From: Octopus sinensis
Taxonomy: Eukaryota
Assembly (NCBI RefSeq): GCF_006345805.1
Contig: NW_021834883.1
Coordinates: 1-44,569 of the forward strand
Length of the DNA: 44,569 nucleotides
Direction: 5' to 3'
Shown: positions 21,226-32,312 of the stretch, piece after piece
Layout of the letters: every line of letters begins with the position of its first letter
Numbering within the stretch: position 1 is the stretch's first letter
The notes under the pieces: model-generated
Seen by the model: the letters and a program-made list of their open reading frames with translations, nothing else
Database searches by the model: none
What the model was told of the DNA's origin: nothing
Made by a program: the position numbers and the translations under genes

Positions 21226-22172
21226 TGGGGTAAGGGATTGTTGAAGTATGTCAGGGGACAGATTGTATGTACCAATAAATTAGTTTAACCTTTAATTTAT
21301 GAATACACACACACACACACATACACAGATTCAAATGTGAGTATGCTAATTACTGTTTTGTTATGAAAAAAATGCTTATCTTCATTTTTTTTTTCAAGAA
21401 AATCATGTGTTGCTCATGCAAAAATAGCTATTTCAAGCTTACATATTTTATTTCATTTCTGGCTGTTGTGGAATATTTCAAATGTCTTAAACCTCTGAAG
21501 AATACTCTACATTTATAATCCTGGTAACCCATAATCCTGTGAAGGATTATGGGTTACCATTACTCAAAAACTGGGATGTGTCCTGTTATTTGTATGATTC
21601 AGGAGTACTTGCTCAGACTGTTTGTCCATGTTGCTTGATTTTCTGCTTACTATGTTCTCTTCACTGAGGATCTGACTGGGTTGATAGCTTGTGCTGGTTG
21701 ACCTCATGCCACATAGTCATAGCAGTATCTCACAAAACTGGAGACTGAATGAGACTTCACCTGATGGGTTGCTCAGGAGAACCTGGGAATATACTGACAA
21801 ATGGTGAATACAGTAATGCACTGCAATCATGCATGCCCCCACAGCTGACCTACATTTGTGTATTATGTAGTTATATACTGAGTTCTGTAATTTATCACTT
21901 CTTAGTGAATCAACATAGATTCATATGTGCATTTTCTATATGCTTCTTTCTCATTTCTTTCGTGTTTCTTCTCTTATTCAATTCCTTTTAGCGCATTAGG
22001 ATATATGGTTTGTGCTTGATGAAAATGTTCGAGATATTTCTCAACATATGAAACTATTAGTAGCTCTTAAAGACATGCATTGTGTCCTTTAAATATATAA
22101 TATTTATTTCTCACCAGATGAAGTACTTTTTTTGTTGAATTTCTTATCATAGAACAGTATATTATATATATT

Positions 22173-23030
22173 TAGGGTGTAGTGAATTATTGTCATCTAA
22201 ATTATGCAGAAATGAAAACAACACTGACATCGCATTTTAACAGATATATTTATCAAAATTACATAGAAATACCAAAGAGTAAATTTATTCAATAAAATCG
22301 CCATTGGCTTCAACCACAGCCTCCAGACAACTTCAGAATCTCCTGCAGCTCTTCTGGATGGTCTCCTTGTTTAAATTAATGAATGCTGCCATAATCCTTG
22401 CCTTCAGTTCTTCTTTGGTGTTACAAGGAGTTTTGTTGGTCTCTCACTCAACTGTGCCCTGCATGCAATAAACAAGGGGGTTGCAGTCTGGGGAGTTAGA
22501 TGGCCAAATGTTAGGGGTGATGTGGCTGCAGAAATTGTCTGACAGCCATCACTGGGTTCTCTTGCTTGTGTGGCATGGGGCAGAGTCCTGTTGCCAGACA
22601 AAGGGTCCTCCAGCAGCTACCCTCTTGAGCCAGAACAGTACTACCTTCTCCAGGCACTTGATGTAGGCCTCTGTGTTGAGTCAGAGGCTGTCTGGGAAGA
22701 TGGAGACATAACGTCGCCATCACTAGTGATCATTCCAGACATGATTTTGACTGGATATTCGATTTTTATCACTCTTGGTACATGTTCTCAGATTGACACC
22801 CAAACACTCCAAAATGTTTGTATTGGAGCTTCCAGTGCAAATTTCAAGCAGTACAGCATATCATTTCCAAGTTTCTGGCAGAGTGAAATTGCATCACGGT
22901 GCTGTTTTTCTCACAGACAGTGCCCAACTGACCTTACTATACTGTGTAGTTGACAAAATCAGAAACAAACAATGCGCATGCACGAAGTTAAAGATATAAA
23001 ATGGCGACAGTCTACCCTTGCACCTTGTGT
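22173..23030 (-). mobile_element. Internally deleted DD37D (maT-type) Tc1/mariner element with degenerate TIRs
   Basis: Minus strand: VWQQDSAPCHTSKRTQ*WLSDNFCSHITPNIWPSNSPDCNPLVY, with 37 residues between the second D and the position of the third D (now V, GAT>GTT). C-terminus LEAVVEANGDFIE*. Imperfect TIRs at both ends. Confidence 0.85.
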
Positions 23031-23059
23031 ATATATATGTATACACACACACACACACT

Positions 23060-23150
23060 CATTGGTGCAGGCATCTGCCTGGTCAGCTCCTATTAAACTG
23101 TCCCAACCATACCAGCATCGAAACCGGACATTAAATGATGATGATGATAC
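23060..23150 (+). mobile_element. Short RTE 3' tail with (GAT)n
   Basis: CTGTCCCAACCATACCAGCATCGAAACCGGACATTAAA(TGA)n. Confidence 0.65.
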
Positions 23151-23959
23151 ACACTTATATATGTATATATTTATATTATATATGTATGTGTATACACAAA
23201 CACACACACACACGCACACACACACACACTCTATGTATATAATATATATATAAATCTCTGTTGATTCACCAGAAGTGGTAAATTATAGATCTCAATACAA
23301 GTTTAGAGTGTTATTTAATACGTTATAACTGAAATGTTCCACTTTACAGTACTCTGTTACTTGTTTTTGATCATCAGCTGGTAATCTGAAACTACTTTTA
23401 GAAAAATTCTTGAAATATAAAATGAGAGTTTGAAGAATTCACCTCTCTTCATGAAGAGAGGTGAAAAATAAGAAATACCTTTTGTGAGTTTCAAATCAAA
23501 GATATGGTATAGTCTTTGTTAGAGTGAAAATTACGAATTTTGACTCAAGGCATTAACAGTTTAAACAAAAGAACAGAATTGTTAGTGTTTTGTATGCACA
23601 TGGTTAAGTTTCTTTTAAGTAAATACCAGCTTCCATGAACCCTGTTCTGGTTTTTAAAAAATGTTGATTTCAAAATGTGTGTTTTAATATGTGTAGACGC
23701 ACGTCACTGTCTGCATATACATATGTGTGTATGCATGTATGTACATGTGTGTGTGTGTTTCCACAGGCAGACACAAAATGCTCATGTGTATATACATGTT
23801 GTGAGTAACCATGCAAATCCCTCTGCTGGAATCTGCTCTGTCCCCCACCTCTCATGGTGATCCTCTCATCCCCTAACATGAAGTTGAGCACATCACCTAC
23901 CCTAGAGCTCATAGTCCTGCTGTGAACTGCATAACACATAGCAATCTCAGTAGTTGCAA

Positions 23960-24152
23960 GTGGCATGATAAAAAAAAACAAACACTCAGTATATGCTGTA
24001 AAGTGGTTGGCATTAGGAAACACATCCAGCTGTAAAAGCCATACCAGAGCAGACATTGGAGCTCAATGTAGTCCTTGGACACCATAGGTTCCTGTCAAAC
24101 CATCCAATCCATGCCAGCATGGAACAACGACATTAAATGATGACGATGATGG
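23960..24152 (+). mobile_element. RTE 3' tail copy
   Basis: GTGGTTGGCATTAGGAAACACATCCAGCTGTAAAA...CCATGCCAGCATGGAA...GACATTAAA(TGA)n. Confidence 0.75.
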
Positions 24153-24537
24153 TGATTAATTAAAAGTCTTACTTTAAAACAATACTTAGATTACAACACA
24201 GTTTCATGAGCAAAGTTATTAGAGTAAATTTGCTCATATGAAGTTTTAAGACTTTTATAATGTCACCATGAGAACTAGAAATGAAATAAAAAATGTGAGC
24301 TTAAAGCAGTCATTTTTGCATGTTTCACTCACAAAGGTTTTTTAAATGTAAGAACATAAACATGAGCATTTTTTTTTTTTCAAATTTTCATTTCATACTT
24401 CAAAAAAACATTCAAACAGTGAATATTTCAAAAGAAAAGCAGACTTGCATTACCAGCTGATGGTTGGAAGTGAGTAACGCAAAGTACTAAAAATTGGAGC
24501 CTTCCAGTTATCATCTATTGTGTGTGTGTATGTACTT

Positions 24538-25095
24538 ATCATCATCATTGTCATCGTTTAACGTCTGCTTTCCATGCTGGCATGGGTTGGATGGTATGAC
24601 TGAGGACTGGTGAGCCAGAAGGCTGCACCAGGCTTAACCTGATCTAGCAATGTTTCTACAGCTGGATGCTCTTCCTAACCTCAACAACTCCAAGAATGTA
24701 GTGGGTGCTTTTATGTGCCACTGGCACAAGGGCCAGTCAGGAGGTTCTGGCAATGACCACACTCAAAAGGTGTCTTTTACCTGCTACCTGCACGGGAGCC
24801 ATTCCAGCGGCACTGGCAACGACCACGCTCAAATGTTGTTTTTCACGTGCCACCGGCACATGTGCCAGTAAGGCGATGCTGGCAATGGTCACACTCGAAT
24901 GGTGCTTTTTACATGCCACCGGCATGGGAGCCAATCTGTGGCCCTGGCAATGATCACGCTCAGATGTGCTTTTAACGTTCCACTGGCATGACTGCCAATC
25001 AGGCGGTACTGTCATCATCCACATCAGCGATTTTGATTTGATTTCACTTGCCTCAATAGGTCTTTGCAAGCAAAGTTTATTGTCCAGTGAATGAG
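24538..25095 (-). mobile_element. RTE 3' UTR copy (five modules), antisense to EXOC8
   Basis: (ATC)n-TTTAACGTCTGCTTTCCATGCTGGCATGGG tail and five GGTGCTTTTTACGTGCCACCGGCAC-type cores. Confidence 0.85.
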
Positions 25096-25111
25096 GGGTA
25101 CTCATATATGC

Positions 25112-25146
<35 letters not shown>

Positions 25147-25344
25147 TACACATGTATGTATGTGTTTATATGTGCATGTATGTATGTATATATATGTACA
25201 TATAAAAATATTAACAAAACAATGGATTAAGCAACACGTTTTATTGCTTAATACTATAATCATTTCATCACCACTTTACCATATCATTGCCAAAATAATA
25301 CCCAAATTGAATTGATATGTACATGTGTGTGTGTGTGTGTTTCA

Positions 25345-25715
25345 CTTCATCTTCATCATCATTTACCATCTGCTTTCCATGCTGGCATGAGCTAGACAGT
25401 TTGATTGGAACTGGCAAGCTGATGAGCTGCACCAAGTTCCAGTCTGGTTTGGCATGGTTTCTACAGCTGCATCCCCTTCCCAACACCAACCACTCCAAGT
25501 GTATAATGGGTGTTTTTAATGTGCCACCAGCACAGGTACATTTATGTGCCACCAGTCATGTGGCACCAGCATTAGCCACAACTACGATTTTACTTGGCTT
25601 GTCTAGTCTTCTCAAGCACAACATATCACCAAAGGTCCCAGTCTCTTGTCATCACCTCCATGAGGCTCAACATTTGAAGATCATGTTTCACCACTTCATC
25701 CCATGTCTTCCTTAG
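25345..25715 (-). mobile_element. RTE 3' end including ORF terminus remnant, antisense
   Basis: Tail plus one to two modules; the right end matches the RTE stop region (GGAAGACATGGGATGAAGTGGTGAAACATGATCTTCAAATGTTG on the minus strand, compare 6615-6660). Confidence 0.8.
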
Positions 25716-26129
25716 TCTTTATTTGGTTTACAGGATACTTGATGTGAATTTGTGTGTTGAAGTAAGTTTTATTGTGTCTTGAGAGAGTCTAATAATAATA
25801 ACACACACACAAGTTCACTTCTACTTCTTTATTATGAGTCAGTTGGTTAACCAACTAACTAATCACTCGTTTGTTTAATGTGTTATTTGTTTGTTAGTCA
25901 GTTCTTTCATCACTGTTCAGTAATTTAGTGACTTCTTCTCTCACTCCAAGGTCTGCTTTGAGTCTGTCTGAGAACTGGTCTTATGTTTATGTGTACACAT
26001 GCTTGTATATGTGTTTGCTTGTATGTGTGTTAGCTAAGTGATGCACTGTACCAGAATTTTTTTACTTGAGTCAAATATAGCAAATTACTCCATAACTTAG
26101 AAGAACTAACAATGTATGGTCCGAGAAAA

Positions 26130-26710
26130 ACTACAGACATGCAGTTTACTAGAACTCCTGTCCAGCATATTCTTTCATAAAGCTAGTTGGAGAGGTATTC
26201 AGAAAGAGGTCCAGGAATAAAACTTGTCTTCTAGTCTCTCTGCACAGGGTACTGAAATAAAGCTACATGTTATGACAAGCATGCAAGACAAGCACACTAA
26301 GTTTGCTCTGGGGAAAATGTCAAACTGACAGAAAAGCATAATCCCAAGAGATAGGAAAATTCTAATGAGACAATGAACAAAGATCTCAAATCAGCTAAAT
26401 GGGCTACTAAAGGATAGGGAGGAATCATATCTCAAATAAGGAGAGAGCAAAAAAAAAAAATAGAAAGAAACCAGGATTCTATAAAATCTAAAAACAATCC
26501 CTAAAGTTTTTTGTAGATCTGCCAAAGAGTCTGTTTCAGTACAAGCAAGATAGGGTCATTGTTTGAAGAAAATGGGTCACTTACTATTGATCCTCAAAAG
26601 ATATGTGAAATACTTGTATGTGAATTACAAAATTATTTTCACATCTTTGGAACACTTGGAAATAAATATCTCTGATAAGTTCTTTGACATCATAGCTCTG
26701 CATGATGGTA
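26130..26710 (+). mobile_element. Decayed CR1-like LINE, endonuclease-RT linker
   Basis: IPRDRKILMR and NNPKVF.RSAK...IGSLFEENGSLTIDPQKICEIL segments. Confidence 0.6.
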
Positions 26711-27082
26711 ATTAACAATTACAGTGGAATAAAGGAAATTGATGGGACTAAGTAGGTGAGCTTAAACATTCACATCTTATGTTTCACTATTATGTTTCAT
26801 TAATTTTTGTACACAGTCATTATACAATCTACCTTTCATACTGTAGGAGGGTTTTTTTTAATTACCTAGAGAGATTATAGCTCGCTGAACTTCTCTAAAT
26901 GATACTTAGGTTCGAGTTACATGTGTTTAATAACAGTCTGACTCAGCTGCACATGACTGTAAGTTTAATGCACATGTAGGACACAGCCATCTAATCAGAT
27001 GTTCAGATGCATCAATGAAACTTTAAGTCAAGTGGATCTAAGTCAAACTTTAAGTTTGCCTATATGGCAATAAGTTTGCTAA

Positions 27083-27445
27083 GCACAGGCGTAGCTGTGT
27101 GGTAAAAAGTCTGCTTCTCAATGACATGGTTCTGAGTTCAGTTACACTGCATGGCACCTTGGGCAAGTGTCTTCTGCTATAACCTTGAGCTGACCCTATT
27201 GTAAGTAGATTTGGTAGATAGAAACTAAAACAATCCTGTCGTGTATGTTTTGTGTGCATGTGCATTATTCCACCCGTGCTTGACAACTAGTTTTGGTATG
27301 TTTACAACCCTGTAACTTAGCAGTTCAGCAAAATGGACCAATAGAATAAGTACTGGAGTTAACTAAAATTTATTCAACCAAAATTCTTCAAGGTAGTGCT
27401 CCAGCATGGCAACAATCTAATAACTAAAACATAAAGGATAAGATT
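27083..27445 (+). mobile_element. tRNA-headed SINE, family B
   Basis: A/B-box-like head GCACAGGCGTAGCTGTGTGGTAAAAAG..GGTTCTGAGTTCAGTT, then GGCACCTTGGGCAAGTGTCTTC. Homologs at 19360-19750, 33772-34110 and 42705-42975. Confidence 0.75.
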
Positions 27446-27698
27446 TTATATTATATACTGTTGTGTCTGGGAAGAGTAATTTTCTTTTTGTGCCTTATAA
27501 TTTAACACACCAGTAAAATTTCCACTTATTCCTTATTTTTATTTTCCTAAAATTTTCATTGCATCTTGCAACCTTTTCAATAGTCTTGGAGACTGTTAAA
27601 TTATAAGTCACAAAAAGAAAATGACTCTCCCCAGACACAACAGAATATGCTTCAACACATGAACTCACATAATCTTGCAAACCAAATCCAAAAACGAA

Positions 27699-27701
<3 letters not shown>

Positions 27702-27750
<49 letters not shown>
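27702..27750. repeat. (TA)n microsatellite
   Basis: Directly visible. Confidence 0.95.
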
Positions 27751-27757
<7 letters not shown>

Positions 27758-28705
27758 GTTTAGCAGTCCTATCTTGTGGCTAAGTTTACTGTAATCTGCA
27801 GAAAGTGAAACTAGAATCTTTCGGAAAGTTCTAACAAAAAGATAGAAATTATTATTTTCATGAATTTTTCAGGTTTAAACTTAAGCAATAAAGACAAATA
27901 AGGGAGGATAGGAAAATAAAATAAGGTTTTGCTTATGTTGATAGTCTATTACACGATTTTAATTATATTTGGCATTATTTTACAATTTATTGATGACATT
28001 ATTTAAAGTAATAACAAGCATACATATCCAATTATCACTAAAGGATCTGTTTTGCTCTTTTAACAAGATCTGGATACAGAAAAAGGGCTTACGAAATATT
28101 CTTTTTTTTTTTTTTAAATTCATTTCCATGTATTAGTTTTAATTTTTCCTTTGTCTTCCCTATTCATTCCAAGAAATCTTTTAGAGCACCTGAGTTGTGT
28201 GTAATGTACTCGTTATTAATGTTTAATTGTTCCTCTTCTCAAGTTGAAACTTTCAAATACAAATAGGTTAAAGTGACCTAATTTGAACAGAGTAAACTAT
28301 TCACTGTACAATGGCTTTCTTTTGCTTCATTTTTTTTTTGTGTCGTTTTTACATCACCCTACAACGACCAACACCCCCAGCATACATATGTTCATTATTA
28401 ATTATATTTCTAATAAATTAATGAAATTATTTTTTTTGTTTCAAATCTATTATGTGAGAGTTTATAAAAAGTAATTTTTATAAATTTTTTACAATTATTT
28501 ACAAGGCATGTATTGTTCATTAAAAAGTGATTCAAAATGTTATTACAAATACATTAAAATGTCAATGAGATATATTTATTATGCCAAAATAATGGAGCAT
28601 TAGTCATTTTAAACTATTATAATAAATGTGTGCGTGTGAGCGCGTCCTAAAATGAAAAAGTCACTGAAGCACTAAATAATTGACTTAATGTTTGTATCAT
28701 TTATG

Positions 28706-28744
<39 letters not shown>

Positions 28745-29569
28745 TTAGAAGAAATGAGGTACTCAGAAAATCAGATGGTTTATATTTACAGACATTTATT
28801 TGTATATTACATTTTTTATATATCATATAACTTAGATCATGTATTAACGCTTTCTCCCATTCTAGTGGGGTTTTCAAATCAAACTAAGTTCCTGTGTGAG
28901 GAGTTTTGACCATTTTATAGTGTTATTGAGTTTGTAGTGGTGGGGAGGAATATAAGACAGTACAAGAGGGTGATGGATGAGGTATATATATATATATATT
29001 GTGCTTTGATCAAATAGGTATAAAGTCATTGTGTGTGTGCATGCGTATTTACTATTATCATTGTGTAAAAGTGAATAAACTGACTGAAAGTATTTAATTA
29101 CTGAATTGTTGATGAGTCATCACCCTTTTTCTATAGCTTTATTTCTTTACCAAAATCTCTGACTATCTCTTGTTCTTCTTTTCTTTTTAATTAATTTTGT
29201 TCACTATTTGCGGTGGGGGGGTTGGATATGGAGAGAGAAAGAGAAACAAATTTAATTGATGATAAACAAAACTGCAGGATAACATTTAAACAACAGTGTA
29301 ATAGTTTAACTGGTCCACAGCCTTGACATTATAAAAGGTACAGACATTATAAGGCTTTGATTTTTATATCAAGGAAGCTATACATAGAAATAATTCACAG
29401 AAAGTATGATCACTCACACGCACTACACCTGTTCACTGCCAGTTCTTGATAAAATGCACCCTATACTCCTTGTAAAAATGGTTGACAAGCAAGCAGAGAC
29501 AGTATAGTTTTGTGACAATTCTTTTAATCATATCAAAAATATGATGGCTTCTTTAGTACTAGTGCCATG

Positions 29570-29729
29570 CAGGCCCATCTTAGGGCCCCAAGCAAATCAG
29601 TGTACTCAGGCCAATAATATTTAGTTATTGACAGCAAGGCAAAGCATATAAAAATCAAGATTGGGTTCCTTACACCCGTGGAACCCCTGGGCAACTGCCC
29701 AGTGTACCCACGTCTTAAAACAGTTACTG
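29570..29729. mobile_element. 160-bp hAT-type MITE
   Basis: 8-bp TSD GTGCCATG (29562-29569) / GTGTCATG (29730-29737); degenerate TIRs CAGGCCCATCTTA and TAAAACAGTTACTG. Confidence 0.65.
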
Positions 29730-30289
29730 GTGTCATGATATGCACCAAATGAAATGTACCAAGTACCCTGTGTAAGATGATTAGTAAAAGAAAAGGAATC
29801 CAACTGTAGAAACCAAGCTAAAAATTAATTTTATAATCAAGAAATGGTCTTCCAACTATTCCAGAAAATGAATTATCACCTTCTTTCTACTGATACACTG
29901 CTTCTAAGCAAGTGTAAAAGTAAAAATTGACCATTTTATATTAAAAGCATTTATATTAAAAGATCAAGGCAAAACAGTTGTAAATTTCCTACTTGGATGC
30001 TTATTTGAGTAAAATCTCATTTTCATTAATTTTCTCTTGATGCAATTTCAGCTGCAAGCCGTTGCTCAATTCCATCTTGGCATTTTAAACTAACTAACTG
30101 GCGAGACAATTTTTATTTACTGAAACCCTAGATCCTAGGGTTTCCACAATTACATTTGCTTTCTATTTTGGCGCTAGTATTTCTTGATATATAGTTTATG
30201 TTAATAGAATGAATGGGGCAACAAAAGTATGAAACTTTAATAGAATTTCTGTTGAAGATGTTATGCCTATTTTTTCTATTAATATGAAA

Positions 30290-30700
30290 TGAGACTGTCT
30301 CAAGAAAGATTGGAATTAATGGAAAAGAGAGTGGGTGTCAAGAAATATTATCAGATGACCGAGAGAAAAATGAAGCAGCAGATATACTAAATAAGGAAAG
30401 AATCATAGTGTGAAAGGTATGAGGGATTTCCAGATTAGAAAATAGAATTAGGATGTTTTATTAGTGAAAAATATGTATGGAATATAAGAGTTAAAAAGCA
30501 GTTGTTGAATGAGAAAAATACATGAGGTAGGGACTACTCCAAGTAGACTGAACGAGGAGGTCCATTATTGAAAGTGGTTGTTATACAGTTGAACTAAGTA
30601 TTAAGGATATGAAAGCTAAGAAACCAGCCTATCCCTAATCACTGAACTGCTGAAAATATCTGAAAAATTAGGATTTGTTAATCACTTGCATTGTCATTCA
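30290..30700 (+). mobile_element. Decayed RTE-like LINE, pre-RT fragment
   Basis: IKDMKAKKPAYP*SLNC / ITELLKISEKLG resembles K.MK..KA.GP..IT.ELLK. Confidence 0.4.
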
Positions 30701-31078
30701 GGTGTACAAGAAGATGAAGTTCCAGGGGATTGCCAGGGACATGGATGAAATTCCAGTAGGACATTCTGGGGAGCAAGGAACCAGTGTAGTGATTAGTGCA
30801 GGATCTTGAGATGGAATTGATTACAACATGCATAATTGGGGGAAAAAAACAGACAAGTGGGTCAGAAAATTCCTGAGTAGAAGCAGCATAAGCCCAGCTA
30901 GCTCTGAGGAGCAGAGGCCATTATAGTAGTAGTAGAAAAACAGAACTGTAAGACCTGTGTACCAGAGACTGGAACATGTCTGAGTGACCTTATGCTACTC
31001 TTAGTCTGATGCTCATTTTCTAGATGCAGTCTAAGGTGTTTGTGTGTGCAGCAGTAGCAGCCTTTTGTGTCAGATATC

Positions 31079-31132
31079 AGAGTAATACTCTATTGTGAGT
31101 CGCTTTGTAGACTCACAATAGAATATTACTCT
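31079..31132. other. 54-nt hairpin (23-bp stem with one mismatch, 8-nt loop)
   Basis: AGAGTAATACTCTATTGTGAGTC-GCTTTGTA-GACTCACAATAGAATATTACTCT. Confidence 0.9.
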
Positions 31133-31527
31133 ATTGTGTAACTTTGTAGAGTATCAGTATTGGTTGGGGGATGAAGTGACATCTGACCATGAAGACCTGA
31201 AGTGAAAAGCCAGGCTTTGGGATGCAGTCCTATCTATGAGAAATATGAATAGTGCATATTAGGCTAAGAAACTAATTAATTATTACTAATTAATTAGTAA
31301 TAATTAGGCAGTATCAGTAATAATTACTCCACCTATTCTTGCAAGAAAACAAGTAAAATGAAAATAAGAGTAAAATTCTATTTTTAAAAACTGAGTTTGC
31401 CGTTTCTTTAGCTGATCTCTGAATTTGTTTCCGAATTCTTTTTAACTGATCTCTATAACGATTTGTTTTTTGTTTTTTTGGGGTTTTTTTTTTCCTTTAA
31501 TTAATGTTTGTATGTATTTATTTGCAG

Positions 31528-31670
31528 AGTGTTACTGAGGTTCCTGGCCGTCAGCTTATACACAATGGAGAACTAACTGAACTGGATCCTGAAACCTTTT
31601 CTCCTAATCATGCTGTGCATGCTTTTCTTTTAAATGATAGCTTAATGATAGCATCATTACTACCTCATCG
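31528..31670 (+). CDS. EXOC8: Exocyst complex component 8 (Exo84), PH-domain exon: SVTEVPGRQLIHNGELTELDPETFSPNHAVHAFLLNDSLMIASLLPH(R)
   Basis: Acceptor TATTTATTTGCAG, donor GTAAGC (31671), 143 nt, phase 0 in and phase 2 out. Aligns to human EXOC8 PGQYLVYNGDLVEYD...VHGFLMNDCLLVATWLPQR (recalled). Confidence 0.95.
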
Positions 31671-31788
31671 GTAAGCCACAGATTAAACTTCCATTGCTGT
31701 CATTGTTATTGTTGCAGTAATTAGGTGCCATTAGCTATTAATAATAATAATAATCCTTTCTACAAGACCAGGTGGTGCAACCACTTAA

Positions 31789-32008
31789 CCCTTTCGTTAC
31801 TGTATTTATTTTGAGATGATCTGTGTTTCTTTCAATTACTTTAAATATAACAAAGAACTTAGTAAAATAACTTAGTTACCATTCAGCTAGTGTTAGAAAC
31901 ATAAATTGTGACTAAGGTTTAGTGGAAGATTTTAATTCAAAACTTATGAAAACAACACATTTGTACTCAGAGCCAGAGCCAGTTTCAGCCAGGTTAGTAA
32001 CGAAATGG
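31789..32008. mobile_element. piggyBac-like MITE, copy 2 (220 bp, orientation opposite to copy 1)
   Basis: TTAA at 31785-31788 and 32009-32012; TIR CCCTTTCGTTAC...GTAACGAAATGG. Confidence 0.9.
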
Positions 32009-32312
32009 TTAAACACATAATGCATGGCACACCATGTACCTATTCAAGCAATGTTAATTTGATGGAGAGAGTGTACAGCACAAACATTTTGATCACTATA
32101 AACAAATCATTTCTGCAGGTTGTTCAGGAAAAAAAAGCTTGAGTACTCATACGTTGTCTTTGACAAGTGAGCCCATCATTGTTATACAGTATTTGTAGAG
32201 CATCCCATTCAAATTGGGACATGGTAGAGCTGTGTTGTCGTATATTAATGATATTATTAAAATGGTGCCAGACATGGAAATTGAGGTGTTCAACACCTAT
32301 TGAAAGGAGTAC

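Larger units (their letters stand above)
15760..31527 (+). other. EXOC8: 15,768-bp phase-0 GT-AG intron of EXOC8
   Basis: Joining the flanking exons gives KVEGCS|SVTEVPGRQLIHNG, collinear with human KVEGCRHLLETPGQYLVYNG with no missing residues. Confidence 0.88.
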
